Assembly (NCBI GenBank): GCA_040380025.1
Contig: JBEIJY010000002.1
Span: 96,001 to 160,000 of the forward strand
Direction of reading: 5' to 3'
Length of the DNA: 64,000 nt
Source of the DNA: Bdellovibrionales bacterium
Lineage (GTDB): Bacteria; Bdellovibrionota; UBA1018; CAIMNF01
Shown here: piece by piece, positions 1 through 10,069 of the stretch
Layout of the letters: each line of letters opens with the position of its first letter
Position numbering within the stretch: the first letter of the stretch is position 1
Made by a program: the position numbers and the translations under genes
Notes under the pieces: generated by a model
Seen by the model: the letters and a program-made list of their open reading frames with translations, nothing else
What the model was told of the DNA's origin: nothing
The model's database searches: none

Positions 1-759
1 CGATGCCCCCGAGGGATTCCGCCAGTGTTGTTTGTAGTCAAAACCGACCGGAATCGTGACCGGTCCCAAGGAGTAAAATCGCGGTTTGAATTTGGATTTC
101 TTTCCCTTTTCCATCGGAATGGCCGAAAATCGGCCTGCTTCCACCGCAGATGGAACCAAGGCTGTCCATCGGCTCCCGGTGACCCAAAGATCGGGATTCG
201 CAGGCGAAGGTTCAAGGGCAATTACCGCAAGAGGACTCGACTGCGAAGACAGTTCGAGAATCTCCGGCAAATCGGAGTCCCCCGGGGCCTGCGACGGCCG
301 CCAAGAACAGGCATCGACGTTTTCTCCGAAAGCGGCCTTCGCCCACTCGCCATCGAGAGAGGGCGGAAAAGCCCCAATCGCGGCCTGAAGGGGTTTCAGA
401 TTCTCTGCCACCGGAGAAACTGCTCCGGGCGGAGGTTCTTCAAAAACCGGGATTAGCTCGTGGTCGATTGCTCTGTCCGTGAAGTTGATGAACGAGGGGG
501 TGAATCCGAGCCCCATTTGCTTTTGCATCTCGAGCGGATCCCCGAATGCGCTGGCAAGTTCGGGCAGACGTAACCATCCCTCTGGCGTGGCCAAATCCGG
601 AAACAGTCCCGGCTGCATCACATAGTGCCCGAGAAAAAAAGCATTCCTCTCCCAATCCGAATCTTGTGCCTGCACGCGCGCCCCGATGCACCAAAAAATT
701 GGCATCAAGATCAAGAACCGAACAGGAATCCGTATCGCCCGAAAAAACAGCGCACTCAT
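1..759 (-). CDS. Secreted hypothetical protein (partial, runs off left edge)
   Basis: Manual minus-strand translation from ATG at 759: MSALFFRAIRIPVRFLILMPIFWCIGARVQA|QD..., signal-peptide-like and open to position 1. Absent from the ORF track because it has no stop in the window. Confidence 0.7.
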   Translation of the reverse strand, partial: MSALFFRAIRIPVRFLILMPIFWCIGARVQAQDSDWERNAFFLGHYVMQPGLFPDLATPEGWLRLPELASAFGDPLEMQKQMGLGFTPSFINFTDRAIDHELIPVFEEPPPGAVSPVAENLKPLQAAIGAFPPSLDGEWAKAAFGENVDACSWRPSQAPGDSDLPEILELSSQSSPLAVIALEPSPANPDLWVTGSRWTALVPSAVEAGRFSAIPMEKGKKSKFKPRFYSLGPVTIPVGFDYKQHWRNPSGAS

Positions 760-828
760 CTCTTCCGTTTCGGTGTTTCCCCGATCAAAACTTGATGCCT
801 CGAAGATCAGGCGCTACCATTTTAATGA

Positions 829-2196
829 ATGGGAGCGGGTGATTCCAAAAAAACAGTCAGAGCGCTGACGGTGTTTCAAAGCGCCGATCTTCGTAAGCGC
901 GTGAACAACGAGCTCCAGCGTCATTACCGGGATCGTCTGGAAGAAGAATCCGTTCCGTTGCTCCAGGATGCGGTGGCGCTCGTCGAGGAACACCCGGAGC
1001 GGTTTGACCTTTTGATCATCGAGCACGAGAGTGCCTCGCTTGCGGTTCTAAAAACCCTTCTCGATTTGTGCGGTTTCGGCGCGCCCGTCCTCGTGTCGAA
1101 CAAGGCGGAGCTCTTCGAGGGGCTGCTTGCCCGAGAACGGCCGCCCGAAGTTGCAAGGGTTTCATCGCTCGAGCAAGAGCTCGAACACATTTTGCGTCGT
1201 CTTGTCCTCTTGGGCCGTCTGCCGCCCACCGGATCGGTCGATTCCTTGGAATATGTCGCCATTTCTTCGAGCTCGCTCATGGGGGTTCAGCCTCTTCATG
1301 CCGATGTCTTTGTGAAGATCGGAGATGGTCATTTCGTACGGGTCTTCAAGCAGGGAGAGGTGATTGTCCCTGAGGCCCTGCAAAAATTCATCGAGTCCAA
1401 AAAGGACAAGTTCCACCTGAAAAAATCCGGTGCCCTGAAGGCGCTCGATCAGACGGCCTCGGGACTCCGGGCTCTCGCAAGCCCCCTTCCGCAGGAACCC
1501 GAAAAGGCCGCTCCGGTGCTGATTCATGCACGAAAACTCGTCGGCGATCTGATCGCCCAAGTGGGGTTCACCCCCGAGGCGCGCGAGATCGCCCGGAACA
1601 GCGCCATGGTTGCGATCCGCCTTGTGGGAAGCAAGCCGAAGCTTGCCAGTGTCCTGAAGGACATCAATCTCGAAGAGGGCGGATTGATCGCGAACCACAG
1701 CTTTGTAACCGGAAACGTCGCCTGCGCCCTTGCGTTCCGTGCCGGATGGAGTTCCGAGAGTACGTTCTTCAAGCTCTGGCTTGCGGCCTTTTTGCATGAC
1801 ATTGCTATTCATCGCGAGGAACACGCGAAATTCCGGACTTCCGCCATACTGGATGCCTCGGAACTCGATTCGGATCAGGCGAGGGAGGTGCGTCTTCATC
1901 CGATCCGTGCGGGCGAGTATGCGCGCCAGTTCACCGATATTCCCTCGGATGTCGAGCAAATCGTGGTCCAGCATCACGAGCGTCCGGACGGGGGAGGGTT
2001 TCCCCGGGCGCTCCATTCGCGCCACATCAGTCCCTTGAGCGCATTGTTCATCATCGCCGAAGATCTCGTTCATGCCGCGATCGAGAATCCCGGCCTTTCG
2101 GTGCTTGGATTTTTCGAAACCAAAAAAGAAGAATACTCCCGGGGCCAATTCCGGAAGATCCGGACGTCGATTCTGGGATCCGGTTCCGGTCTGTGA
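829..2196 (+). CDS. HD-GYP-like metal-dependent phosphohydrolase domain protein (degenerate receiver-like N-terminus)
   Basis: AAFLHDIA (HD), HP..G and QHHERPDGGGFP motifs. Confidence 0.75.
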   Translation: MGAGDSKKTVRALTVFQSADLRKRVNNELQRHYRDRLEEESVPLLQDAVALVEEHPERFDLLIIEHESASLAVLKTLLDLCGFGAPVLVSNKAELFEGLLARERPPEVARVSSLEQELEHILRRLVLLGRLPPTGSVDSLEYVAISSSSLMGVQPLHADVFVKIGDGHFVRVFKQGEVIVPEALQKFIESKKDKFHLKKSGALKALDQTASGLRALASPLPQEPEKAAPVLIHARKLVGDLIAQVGFTPEAREIARNSAMVAIRLVGSKPKLASVLKDINLEEGGLIANHSFVTGNVACALAFRAGWSSESTFFKLWLAAFLHDIAIHREEHAKFRTSAILDASELDSDQAREVRLHPIRAGEYARQFTDIPSDVEQIVVQHHERPDGGGFPRALHSRHISPLSALFIIAEDLVHAAIENPGLSVLGFFETKKEEYSRGQFRKIRTSILGSGSGL

Positions 2197-2212
2197 TAGG
2201 GTCATTTGCGGT

Positions 2213-3613
2213 ATGATCGAACCCCGAGTGGTGCAGGTTCCGGGAGCAGAAATCCGTTTTTTCGGCGCGGCCGGCGAGGTCACGGGCAGCAAAGCGATTC
2301 TTCGTGCGCATCGAAAGTCGATTCTGATCGATTGCGGATTGTTCCAGGGCGAAAAGACGAGCAAACAGATGAATTGGACCCCGATGCCGGAGGAGGTTTC
2401 TTCGGTCGATGCCGTCTTGATCACGCATGCGCACCTGGATCACTGCGGGTATCTTCCGAGGCTCGTGAAAGGCGGATACTCGGGTCCAGTGTACTGTTCG
2501 CCCGGGACCCGCGACTTGATGAAGATCATTCTTCTGGATTCGGCCCATCTTCAAGAAGAAGACGCTGAGTATGCGAACCGGACCGGATACTCCCGCCACA
2601 AGCCGGCCGAACCCTTGTACACGGTCCGCGATGCCGAACGGGCCCTCTCGCTCGTCAAGACCATGCCGATGGGGGTGTGGCAGACGGTGGTTCCCGGGGT
2701 CGAAGTCGAGCTCACGCGCGCGGGGCATATCATCGGTTCTTCGGTGGCGCGCTTCCGCATCAAGGCTGCGGGGAAGGACTCTCTCGTTACCTTCAGCGGG
2801 GACCTCGGCCATGGCCGGCAGCTCACCATTCTTGCTCCTGATCCTCTCCCCGATACCGATGTGCTGGTTCTGGAGAGCACCTATGGAGATCGTCTTCATG
2901 CGCGGGATCTCCCCGAGGATGCTCTGGAGCGAATCCTGAATCAGATTCAGCGCTCCGGCGGAGTCCTTGTGATTCCCTCGTTCGCCGTGGGGCGCGCGCA
3001 GGAAGTGTTGCATCTCATTCGAGTTCTCGAGGATCGCGGGCGGGTCAAGCCGGTTCCGGTCGTATTGGACTCACCGATGGCCGAGGACGCGACCGCAATC
3101 TACCTGCAACACCCCGAGGACCATCCGCCCGGTCTTGATTTTGAAAAAAAGGCACGCAATTTCTTTCCGAAGCGCTTTGAGTGGGTTCGGTCGGCCCAGG
3201 AGTCACGCCAGTTGTCGGATCGCAAGGGGCCGCTGGTGATTCTTTCTGCTTCGGGTATGCTCCAAGGTGGGCGTGTATTGCATCATCTTCGGACGCGACT
3301 CGTGGATTCAAAGAATGTGGTTCTATTTGTGGGATATCAGGCCGAGGGAACCAAGGGCTGGTTTTTGAAGAATCGAGGAAAATCCGAGGGCGCGCTCCGG
3401 ATCTTCCACGAACCGGTACCAGTGAATGCGCAAATTGAGTCGATCGAGTCGCTCTCGGCCCACGCCGATCAGAAGGATCTTTTGACGTGGATCAATTCGG
3501 CCGCAAAAAAACCGAACTTGATCATTTTGAATCATGGCTCCGGCCTTTCGGCTAATGCTCTCGCGGGTCGGATTGATCGCGAGCTCGGGATCCGCACCCA
3601 TCCGCTCACGTGA
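2213..3613 (+). CDS. MBL-fold beta-CASP ribonuclease family protein
   Basis: GAAGEVTGS, DCGLFQG, THAHLDH, AGHIIGS, SGDLG, ESTYG and SAHAD motifs; start taken at ATG 2213. Confidence 0.9.
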   Translation: MIEPRVVQVPGAEIRFFGAAGEVTGSKAILRAHRKSILIDCGLFQGEKTSKQMNWTPMPEEVSSVDAVLITHAHLDHCGYLPRLVKGGYSGPVYCSPGTRDLMKIILLDSAHLQEEDAEYANRTGYSRHKPAEPLYTVRDAERALSLVKTMPMGVWQTVVPGVEVELTRAGHIIGSSVARFRIKAAGKDSLVTFSGDLGHGRQLTILAPDPLPDTDVLVLESTYGDRLHARDLPEDALERILNQIQRSGGVLVIPSFAVGRAQEVLHLIRVLEDRGRVKPVPVVLDSPMAEDATAIYLQHPEDHPPGLDFEKKARNFFPKRFEWVRSAQESRQLSDRKGPLVILSASGMLQGGRVLHHLRTRLVDSKNVVLFVGYQAEGTKGWFLKNRGKSEGALRIFHEPVPVNAQIESIESLSAHADQKDLLTWINSAAKKPNLIILNHGSGLSANALAGRIDRELGIRTHPLT

Positions 3614-3674
3614 GTCATGGATTGATCTTTGTGGGATGCTGGAATCCACGATTCTTTTGAGATATCGTGGGAGT

Positions 3675-4286
3675 ATGAAAATCAAAGTCCTTCTTTTGGC
3701 AAGCTTGGTTGGCTCGGTCTCGACTCTGGCCGCAGCAGCGGTTCCGGAATCGATTTATGACTTTCGTGTGAATCGACTCGGCGGAGTTCCGGCATCGCTC
3801 TCGGAGTACAAAGGAAAAGTCCTTTTGATCGTGAACACCGCATCGAAATGCGGATACACTCCGCAGTATCAGGGCCTTCAGACGATTTATCAGCGATACA
3901 AGACTCGCGGCTTCGAGGTCCTCGGATTTCCTTCGAATGACTTCGGCTCGCAGGAGCCGGGCAATGCGGGTGAGATCAAAAAGTTCTGCGAGACCCGGTA
4001 CAAGGTCTCCTTCCCGATGTTCGAAAAAGGCGTGGTGTCCGGAAGCCACAAGCAACCCCTGTACGCTTGGCTCGTGGCCAATGAGCCGAAAGCGAAATTC
4101 GGCCAGAGCGAAGTGGGCTGGAACTTCGAGAAATTCCTGGTCTCCAAAGAAGGCGCGGTGCTTGCCCGCTTTCGTTCGAGTGTCACCCCCGAGAGCCCCG
4201 AGGTGATCCAGGCGATCGAATCGGCGCTCGAAAAAAAAAAGGAATCTGAACATGTCGGACCCAAAAGCACCGCTCCATCTCAGTGA
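3675..4286 (+). CDS. gpx: Glutathione peroxidase family protein (Cys-type) with N-terminal signal peptide
   Basis: [26 protein letters not shown] and WNFEKFL motifs; [21 protein letters not shown] leader. Confidence 0.9.
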   Translation: MKIKVLLLASLVGSVSTLAAAAVPESIYDFRVNRLGGVPASLSEYKGKVLLIVNTASKCGYTPQYQGLQTIYQRYKTRGFEVLGFPSNDFGSQEPGNAGEIKKFCETRYKVSFPMFEKGVVSGSHKQPLYAWLVANEPKAKFGQSEVGWNFEKFLVSKEGAVLARFRSSVTPESPEVIQAIESALEKKKESEHVGPKSTAPSQ

Positions 4287-5217
4287 CGAGCAGGTCCGGG
4301 TCACCCGGATGTGCGCGACCGAAAACCCCTTCCGGAATGCCTATTGGGACAATCACGATGCGGGAATTTATGTCGACATCGTGAATGGAAAGCCCTTGTT
4401 CAGCTCGAAGGACAAATTCGACTCCGGCACCGGTTGGCCGAGCTTCACCAGGCCCGTCGACGAGAAGGTCCTTGCGCTGAAGGATGACCGGAGCCACGGG
4501 ATGATTCGCACCGAGGTGCGCTCGAAAGATTCGGACTCTCATCTGGGCCACGTGTTTGATGACGGCCCGGGCCCGACCCGGAAGCGCTTTTGCATCAATT
4601 CGGCATCGCTCCGGTTCGTGAGCGTGCTGAACCTCGAAAAAGAGGGCTACGGAAAATACCGCGATTTGTTTTCGGACGAGGTAGTGCGGGACGAAAAGAA
4701 AAAGCGTGCCGATCGCGTTCAATCGGGTGCGTACCAGACCGCAATCCTTGCGGGCGGATGTTTTTGGGGGGTTCAGGATCTGATCCGGAAGCTTCAGGGC
4801 GTGGTCGACACCGAGGTGGGGTACACCGGCGGGAGCACGGCGAATCCGATGTATGAAGAGGTGAAAAAAGGCACCACCGGACATGCCGAGGCCGTGAGGG
4901 TTGTGTTTGATCCGAAGCAGATCCCGTTTGCGAGGCTTTTGGATTTGTTTTTCACCCTGCATGATCCGACGACCTCGAACCGTCAGGGCAATGACATCGG
5001 CTCGCAATACCGGTCGGCGATCTTCTTCTCTTCGCCCGCCCAAAAGGAAGAGTCGCTCAAAAAAATCAAGGAATGGAATGCCTCGGGCAAGTGGAAGAAG
5101 CCCATTGTGACCGAAGTCCTTCCGGCGATGCCGTTTTATCCGGCGGAGGGATATCACCAGGATTACCTGGTCAAGAACCCGAACGGATACACCTGTCATT
5201 ACTTCAGGGAGTTCTGA
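4252..5217 (+). CDS. msrBA: Bifunctional methionine sulfoxide reductase, MsrB-MsrA fusion
   Basis: Msr[24 protein letters not shown]. MsrA: AGGCFWG, GHAEAV, HQDY. Confidence 0.93.
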   Translation: MSDPKAPLHLSDEQVRVTRMCATENPFRNAYWDNHDAGIYVDIVNGKPLFSSKDKFDSGTGWPSFTRPVDEKVLALKDDRSHGMIRTEVRSKDSDSHLGHVFDDGPGPTRKRFCINSASLRFVSVLNLEKEGYGKYRDLFSDEVVRDEKKKRADRVQSGAYQTAILAGGCFWGVQDLIRKLQGVVDTEVGYTGGSTANPMYEEVKKGTTGHAEAVRVVFDPKQIPFARLLDLFFTLHDPTTSNRQGNDIGSQYRSAIFFSSPAQKEESLKKIKEWNASGKWKKPIVTEVLPAMPFYPAEGYHQDYLVKNPNGYTCHYFREF

Positions 5218-5218
5218 G

Positions 5219-6046
5219 ATGAAGAACCTGAGGCCTTCTCCTGCGATCAGCGTGGCCTCGAACACCAGTATCGGAGAAACCCTCCGGATCATGCGCGAGA
5301 ACCACGTGGGTTCGGTTCTCGTGAATTCCTACTCGCACCCCCATTCGCTTGAGGGGATTTTCACCGAGAGGGATCTCTTGAAGTGGATCCCCGAGATCGA
5401 GAAAAATCGTGCCTGGGACAAGGCGATTGCGACCATCATGACCAAAAATCCGGTGACCCTGGATCTTCCGGATCTCGACCGCGCGGCCGAGATCATGATC
5501 GAAAAAGGCTTTCGCCATGTTCCGATCGTGTACCGGTTGGAAGGGGCGATCCGTGTTGCCGGAGTGGTATCGATGCGGGACTTGTTCAAGGGCCTCGTGG
5601 CCGAGAGGCGCGAGCGGAAGGTGCGCGATCAGTTTTTGGGCAAGCGAGTGGTGGTGCTGGCCCATGAGCCCTCGGGTCGGGATCTTCAGAAACGCCTTTT
5701 GAAGGATCATGTCGACCTGATTGTGATCGAGCGGGATTTTGACCAAAATCCCCCCGGAGTCCTTGAGGTCGTGTCCGAGGTCATGGCTTCTGATCTTTTG
5801 GTGCTGGATCTGGATCAGTTTCAGGTCGAGTATTGGGTGTCGATCCTGAAGGCAGTGCTTGCCCAAAAGCATCGGCCGCATGTGTTTGTCGTGTACGATC
5901 CGGTTCTGCAAGAGAGCAAAAGCATTGTGGCCCTGAAGAAGCTCTCGCAAGGTTCGGTGGTGCAGGTGTTTCCGAAGCCCGTCAATCTTTTGGAGTATCT
6001 GCGCTTGATGGAGCGCAGTTTTAAGCCAAGCGTCAAAAATCCGTGA
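5219..6046 (+). CDS. CBS-pair protein with C-terminal receiver-like domain
   Basis: GIFTERDLL, IMTKNP, FRHVPIV and GVVSMRDL CBS motifs; C-terminal VFPKPVN resembles the receiver KP motif. Confidence 0.75.
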   Translation: MKNLRPSPAISVASNTSIGETLRIMRENHVGSVLVNSYSHPHSLEGIFTERDLLKWIPEIEKNRAWDKAIATIMTKNPVTLDLPDLDRAAEIMIEKGFRHVPIVYRLEGAIRVAGVVSMRDLFKGLVAERRERKVRDQFLGKRVVVLAHEPSGRDLQKRLLKDHVDLIVIERDFDQNPPGVLEVVSEVMASDLLVLDLDQFQVEYWVSILKAVLAQKHRPHVFVVYDPVLQESKSIVALKKLSQGSVVQVFPKPVNLLEYLRLMERSFKPSVKNP

Positions 6047-6121
6047 TCCATTTTCCGGTCCGAACGTGCGCGGGAGTCGTGCTACACTGTTTCCAACACC
6101 CGAAAGAAAGGACTTTCAGAC

Positions 6122-7267
6122 ATGATCAGTTTTGAACTTTCCGACGAACAGAAGCAACTCCAGGAACTGGCCCGCAAATTCGCGAAAGACGCGATGATCC
6201 CGGCCGCGGAACATCACGATCATACCGGCGAGTTCCCGTTCGAGGTGACCAATAAAGCGTGGGAGCTCGGCCTCATGAACACCCACATTCCGCAAGAATA
6301 CGGCGGTCTCGGGCTGAGCGTTCTGGATGGCATCATCATCACCGAAGAACTGGCATATGGATGCACCGGAATCGCGACCGCCATGGAGGCGAACGCTCTC
6401 GCATCGGCCCCTGTGATTGTCGCCGGGAATGACGAGCAAAAGAAACAATTCCTCGGAGCCCTCACCGCCGAACCCAAGTATGCCGCTTATTGTGTGACCG
6501 AGCCCGGAGCGGGATCGGACGTGGCGGGGATCACCACCACGGCAAAAAAAGTCGGCGATGAGTATGTGATCAATGGCGCGAAGATGTGGATCACGAACGC
6601 GAGTGTGGCGAGCTGGTACTTCGTGCTCGCGTACACCGACCCCTCGCTGAAGCACAAGGGGATGTCGGGGTTTTTGGTTCCCCGCGACACCAAGGGCATC
6701 GTGGTCGGGCGCAAAGAAGACAATCTCGGCCAGCGCGCATCGGATACTCGCGGGATCACCTTCGAAGAAGTGCGAATTCCGGTGAAATACCGCCTTGGCA
6801 ACGAGGGTGATGGCTTCCGGATCGCGATGAGTGCATTCGATCATACCCGTCCGGTGGTGGCGGCCGGAGCAGTGGGACTGGCCCGCCGGGCGATGGACGA
6901 GGCGATTCAGTACGCAAGCACCCGAAAAACCTTCGGGACTCCGATTGCGGGGTATCAGGCGATCAGCTTCATGATCGCCGACATGGCAAAAGACATCGAG
7001 GCCGCGCGATATTTGGTCTGGCGCGCAGGCTGGGAGATCGACCAAGGCCGGAGGAATACCAAGTTCGCGGCCTTCGCGAAATCCTTCGCGGCCGACATGG
7101 CCATGCGGGTAGCGACCGATGCCGTGCAGGTCTTCGGCGGATACGGGTATTCCAAGGAATATCCGGTCGAGAAGCTCATGCGCGATGCGAAGATCTATCA
7201 GATCTACGAAGGAACCTCGCAGATCCAGCGCCTGATCATCGCAAAAGAGATCTTCGATCGCAAATAG
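6122..7267 (+). CDS. Acyl-CoA dehydrogenase
   Basis: [29 protein letters not shown] and [10 protein letters not shown] motifs; SD AAGGA upstream. Confidence 0.95.
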   Translation: MISFELSDEQKQLQELARKFAKDAMIPAAEHHDHTGEFPFEVTNKAWELGLMNTHIPQEYGGLGLSVLDGIIITEELAYGCTGIATAMEANALASAPVIVAGNDEQKKQFLGALTAEPKYAAYCVTEPGAGSDVAGITTTAKKVGDEYVINGAKMWITNASVASWYFVLAYTDPSLKHKGMSGFLVPRDTKGIVVGRKEDNLGQRASDTRGITFEEVRIPVKYRLGNEGDGFRIAMSAFDHTRPVVAAGAVGLARRAMDEAIQYASTRKTFGTPIAGYQAISFMIADMAKDIEAARYLVWRAGWEIDQGRRNTKFAAFAKSFAADMAMRVATDAVQVFGGYGYSKEYPVEKLMRDAKIYQIYEGTSQIQRLIIAKEIFDRK

Positions 7268-7272
7268 CGCGA

Positions 7273-8085
7273 TCAGTGCGGATTTCTAAGATACTCCTGC
7301 ATTCCATTGAGCATCTGCGAACACCCGTAACCGTCGATGTGCCGGTGATCAATCGTGACCGAGACGGGAAGCATCGGTTTAATGATGATCTTCCCGTTCT
7401 CGACCACGGGTTTGTCTGAGATCTTCCCGATCGCCATGACCATCGGGCACCGCGAGTAGGGGACCAGCGGGGCGAATCCGTATTCAAGGCCCATCCCTCC
7501 GACCGAGGTGAGCATGACCGATCCGAAGGGGTCCCGCGGGGTTCCGAGGAGCGGGCTCCAAAGGTTCAGGTCGTGGTTCAAAAACGAGACCAAGTCGAGC
7601 ACCTTCGCGATCACCCACGAGGGCACGAACTTCAGATTCTTTTTGATTTTCTGGAACTCCGGATCGCGATGGGTGCGGATCGCCTTCGCCTTTTCATGGA
7701 GTTCGTCCATGATCGCCTCGAGGGATTTTTGGTTCGTGTTCCGGATGATCGCGCCCGAGAGGTTTTCTTCGCCGTCCTCGACCGCCGAGACCTGCAAGAA
7801 GGTGTCGATGGTTTCGCGCTCGTAGAGGCGGCCCCAGCGCAGAACCGAATTGAACGAGGGGCACCGCTCGATTCCGTGGGCGATCGCCTTTGCCATGATC
7901 ACGGTCGGAGTCAGGCGGATGCCCCGCTGTTTGGATTCCTCGATTTTTTCGAGAATCGGTCCCGCGTCGATGTCAATGAACCCGTACACCGATGGGTCCT
8001 TGGTTGTGGACCAGGTTCCGATGGCGACCTTCCGCCAGACATTCATTTTGACCGCGCCTTTGAAGCCGATGTTCTGTTTGATCAT
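7273..8085 (-). CDS. Stand-alone 2-oxo-acid dehydrogenase E2-like acyltransferase catalytic domain protein
   Basis: C-terminal part of the 633-aa ORF. TIDHRHIDG (HxxxDG) and GSVMLTSVG motifs, no lipoyl domain; start at ATG 8085. Confidence 0.8.
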   Translation of the reverse strand: MIKQNIGFKGAVKMNVWRKVAIGTWSTTKDPSVYGFIDIDAGPILEKIEESKQRGIRLTPTVIMAKAIAHGIERCPSFNSVLRWGRLYERETIDTFLQVSAVEDGEENLSGAIIRNTNQKSLEAIMDELHEKAKAIRTHRDPEFQKIKKNLKFVPSWVIAKVLDLVSFLNHDLNLWSPLLGTPRDPFGSVMLTSVGGMGLEYGFAPLVPYSRCPMVMAIGKISDKPVVENGKIIIKPMLPVSVTIDHRHIDGYGCSQMLNGMQEYLRNPH

Positions 8086-8235
8086 GGTCAGATGGTAAAC
8101 AAAAACCCGTCTTCGTGCGAGATCCGGCTTTTGGAACGCCGATTTCTTGCCCCTCTTGACGCCGCTCCTTGATTTCTCGCTCCCCTGTTCGTAGTTTGCC
8201 TCGCGCGGGACGGATGGAAGGTACGGGGTGAGTGA

Positions 8236-9114
8236 ATGGTTCCACGGTTCGGTCGGGGATTGAGGGTCACGGTTCTGTTTTTGGTTCTGGTGTCGCTTCA
8301 GTCCTGCAAAAAGGACGCATGGTTCGGGCAGGGGTTCGATACGATGGTGATCCGGTGCCGGAAGGGAGCACACCCATGCTCGGGGATTGCAAATGTTCTT
8401 TTTTCTGGAAAAAAAGTAGCCCGTGCTTTTGAGTTCCAAGAAGGGACGCTGTATCAGGAAGCCTGGGGGGATTCCTACAGCCAGGTGAACAAGCTCTTCG
8501 GCGCCACTGATTGTGGCGATGTGCTCGATCCGCGCAACAATAGCGCCATGGTGGGCTTTCGGCATTTGGCCGGAACCGATCAGATCGAGATTCTGGGGTA
8601 CGTCCATCGTGAGGATGCCTACCGGAACGGATACAACTTCCGGCATACGAATCTTTGGGTGGTGCCGCGGGGAACGCGGGTCGCCCTTGAGATCTCGACA
8701 GCAGGACCGTATTACCGGTTCACGGCGAACGGTGATACCGATTTGCTGATGAAGCGATTCTGCAATCGTCCGAATTTTCAGGGCCGCATGATCGGAACCT
8801 GGTTCGGGGGACAGCGACCCGCTCCGCAGGCGATGCGGATTCAACACGAACCGGGAGTGACAATCGAGTCGGTCTTTCCGAAAACGCTTCGAATCATGGA
8901 CCAGGATAACCTGTGCTCGAAGGGACTGGATCCGCTTGAATATCTGGTTCAGCACGAATCGGGAATCTACTCGGCGTATGAGTCCGAGTGCGGGGCGGGG
9001 AACCTCGAAGTGCAGTATCTGGGCTGTGATGCGAAGATGAACGGAACTCCCGGGGCAGAAACCAGTGTCGATTCGGAGCGGGGGTTCCGCTACCGGATCA
9101 GCTGCGGATCCTGA
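8236..9114 (+). CDS. Hypothetical lipoprotein
   Basis: Hydrophobic leader ending LQSC (lipobox-like); several cysteines; family not recognised. Confidence 0.6.
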   Translation: MVPRFGRGLRVTVLFLVLVSLQSCKKDAWFGQGFDTMVIRCRKGAHPCSGIANVLFSGKKVARAFEFQEGTLYQEAWGDSYSQVNKLFGATDCGDVLDPRNNSAMVGFRHLAGTDQIEILGYVHREDAYRNGYNFRHTNLWVVPRGTRVALEISTAGPYYRFTANGDTDLLMKRFCNRPNFQGRMIGTWFGGQRPAPQAMRIQHEPGVTIESVFPKTLRIMDQDNLCSKGLDPLEYLVQHESGIYSAYESECGAGNLEVQYLGCDAKMNGTPGAETSVDSERGFRYRISCGS

Positions 9115-9124
9115 TCCCCGAGAC

Positions 9125-9991
9125 TCAGCGGCCCTCGTCCTCGAGCGCCGCTTTGATTCGAAGATAGCTTTCAAATCGCGGCAGATGCGAGTACTCCTGC
9201 CGCTTGACCTGAAGCTCGTACATCTCGGGAAAGTATTGAATCAGCGTTTTCGGATCGACCCCGATCAGGCCGAACTCCTTGATGCCGGGAGTATCGATGA
9301 ACCGGGTTCCTTCGCCGGCCGGAATCATCTTCGAGACCGTGGTCGTGTGCTTGCCTTTGCCGGTGGCTCCGCTCACTACTCCCACCTTGCCCACGGCTTC
9401 TCCGAAGAGCTCCGAGAGGAGCGAGGTTTTTCCCACACCCGAGTGCCCGCAGAAGACTGAGGTCTTGCCCCGAAGGGCGTTTCTGAGTTCCTCGATTCCC
9501 GATTTTTCTCGGGTCGAGACCGGAAAACACTGGTAGCCCAAGTCTGAATAGAGCTTCCACGGAGACTCCTCTCCCGAGCGCAGATCCATTTTGTTGATCA
9601 CGATCAGAGGGATGATTCCCGCCGCAGAGGTCGAGATCAAAAAGCGATCGACCAGCCCGGGTGAGAAATCCGGCTCATGGAGCGAGGTCGTGATGACCAC
9701 GTAATCCAGATTGGCCGCGATCGTGTGCATGATCTTGCCTTCACGCCCCGGGGCTTTTCTGGAGATCGAATTTTTTCTGGGAATCACTTCTTCGATGACG
9801 CCGTCGCTTCCGCCAAAGGTTTTGATTCGGACCCGGTCGCCAGGCGCCACCGGAGACCGCTCGCGCCACTCGGCATCCCGATCGACGATCTGCCCGCGCC
9901 GGTAGGTGCACAGGATCCGTTTCGATTCGTCCGAATCGGGAATGACGTTCGCCATTTTGGGGAACACCTCGCTGATGACGCCTTCAACCAT
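9125..9991 (-). CDS. rsgA: Ribosome small subunit-dependent GTPase A
   Basis: Circularly permuted GTPase: NKMD, GHSGVGKTS, GKHTT, DTPG; N-terminal OB region. Confidence 0.9.
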   Translation of the reverse strand: MVEGVISEVFPKMANVIPDSDESKRILCTYRRGQIVDRDAEWRERSPVAPGDRVRIKTFGGSDGVIEEVIPRKNSISRKAPGREGKIMHTIAANLDYVVITTSLHEPDFSPGLVDRFLISTSAAGIIPLIVINKMDLRSGEESPWKLYSDLGYQCFPVSTREKSGIEELRNALRGKTSVFCGHSGVGKTSLLSELFGEAVGKVGVVSGATGKGKHTTTVSKMIPAGEGTRFIDTPGIKEFGLIGVDPKTLIQYFPEMYELQVKRQEYSHLPRFESYLRIKAALEDEGR

Positions 9992-10069
9992 TCATTGATT
10001 CCTCTGCACGAGGCGAACAGTACGAAATTCCCGTGACTCCGTCAAAGAGATGCTCCAGAATCAGAAAAA

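Noticed and set aside
3849..3851. Selenocysteine in gpx
   Set aside because: The active-site codon is TGC (Cys), not TGA.
7273..9174. 633-aa ORF as a single protein
   Set aside because: Its N-terminal part is antisense to the 8236-9114 lipoprotein gene; the likely start is ATG 8085, behind a TACCAT -10.
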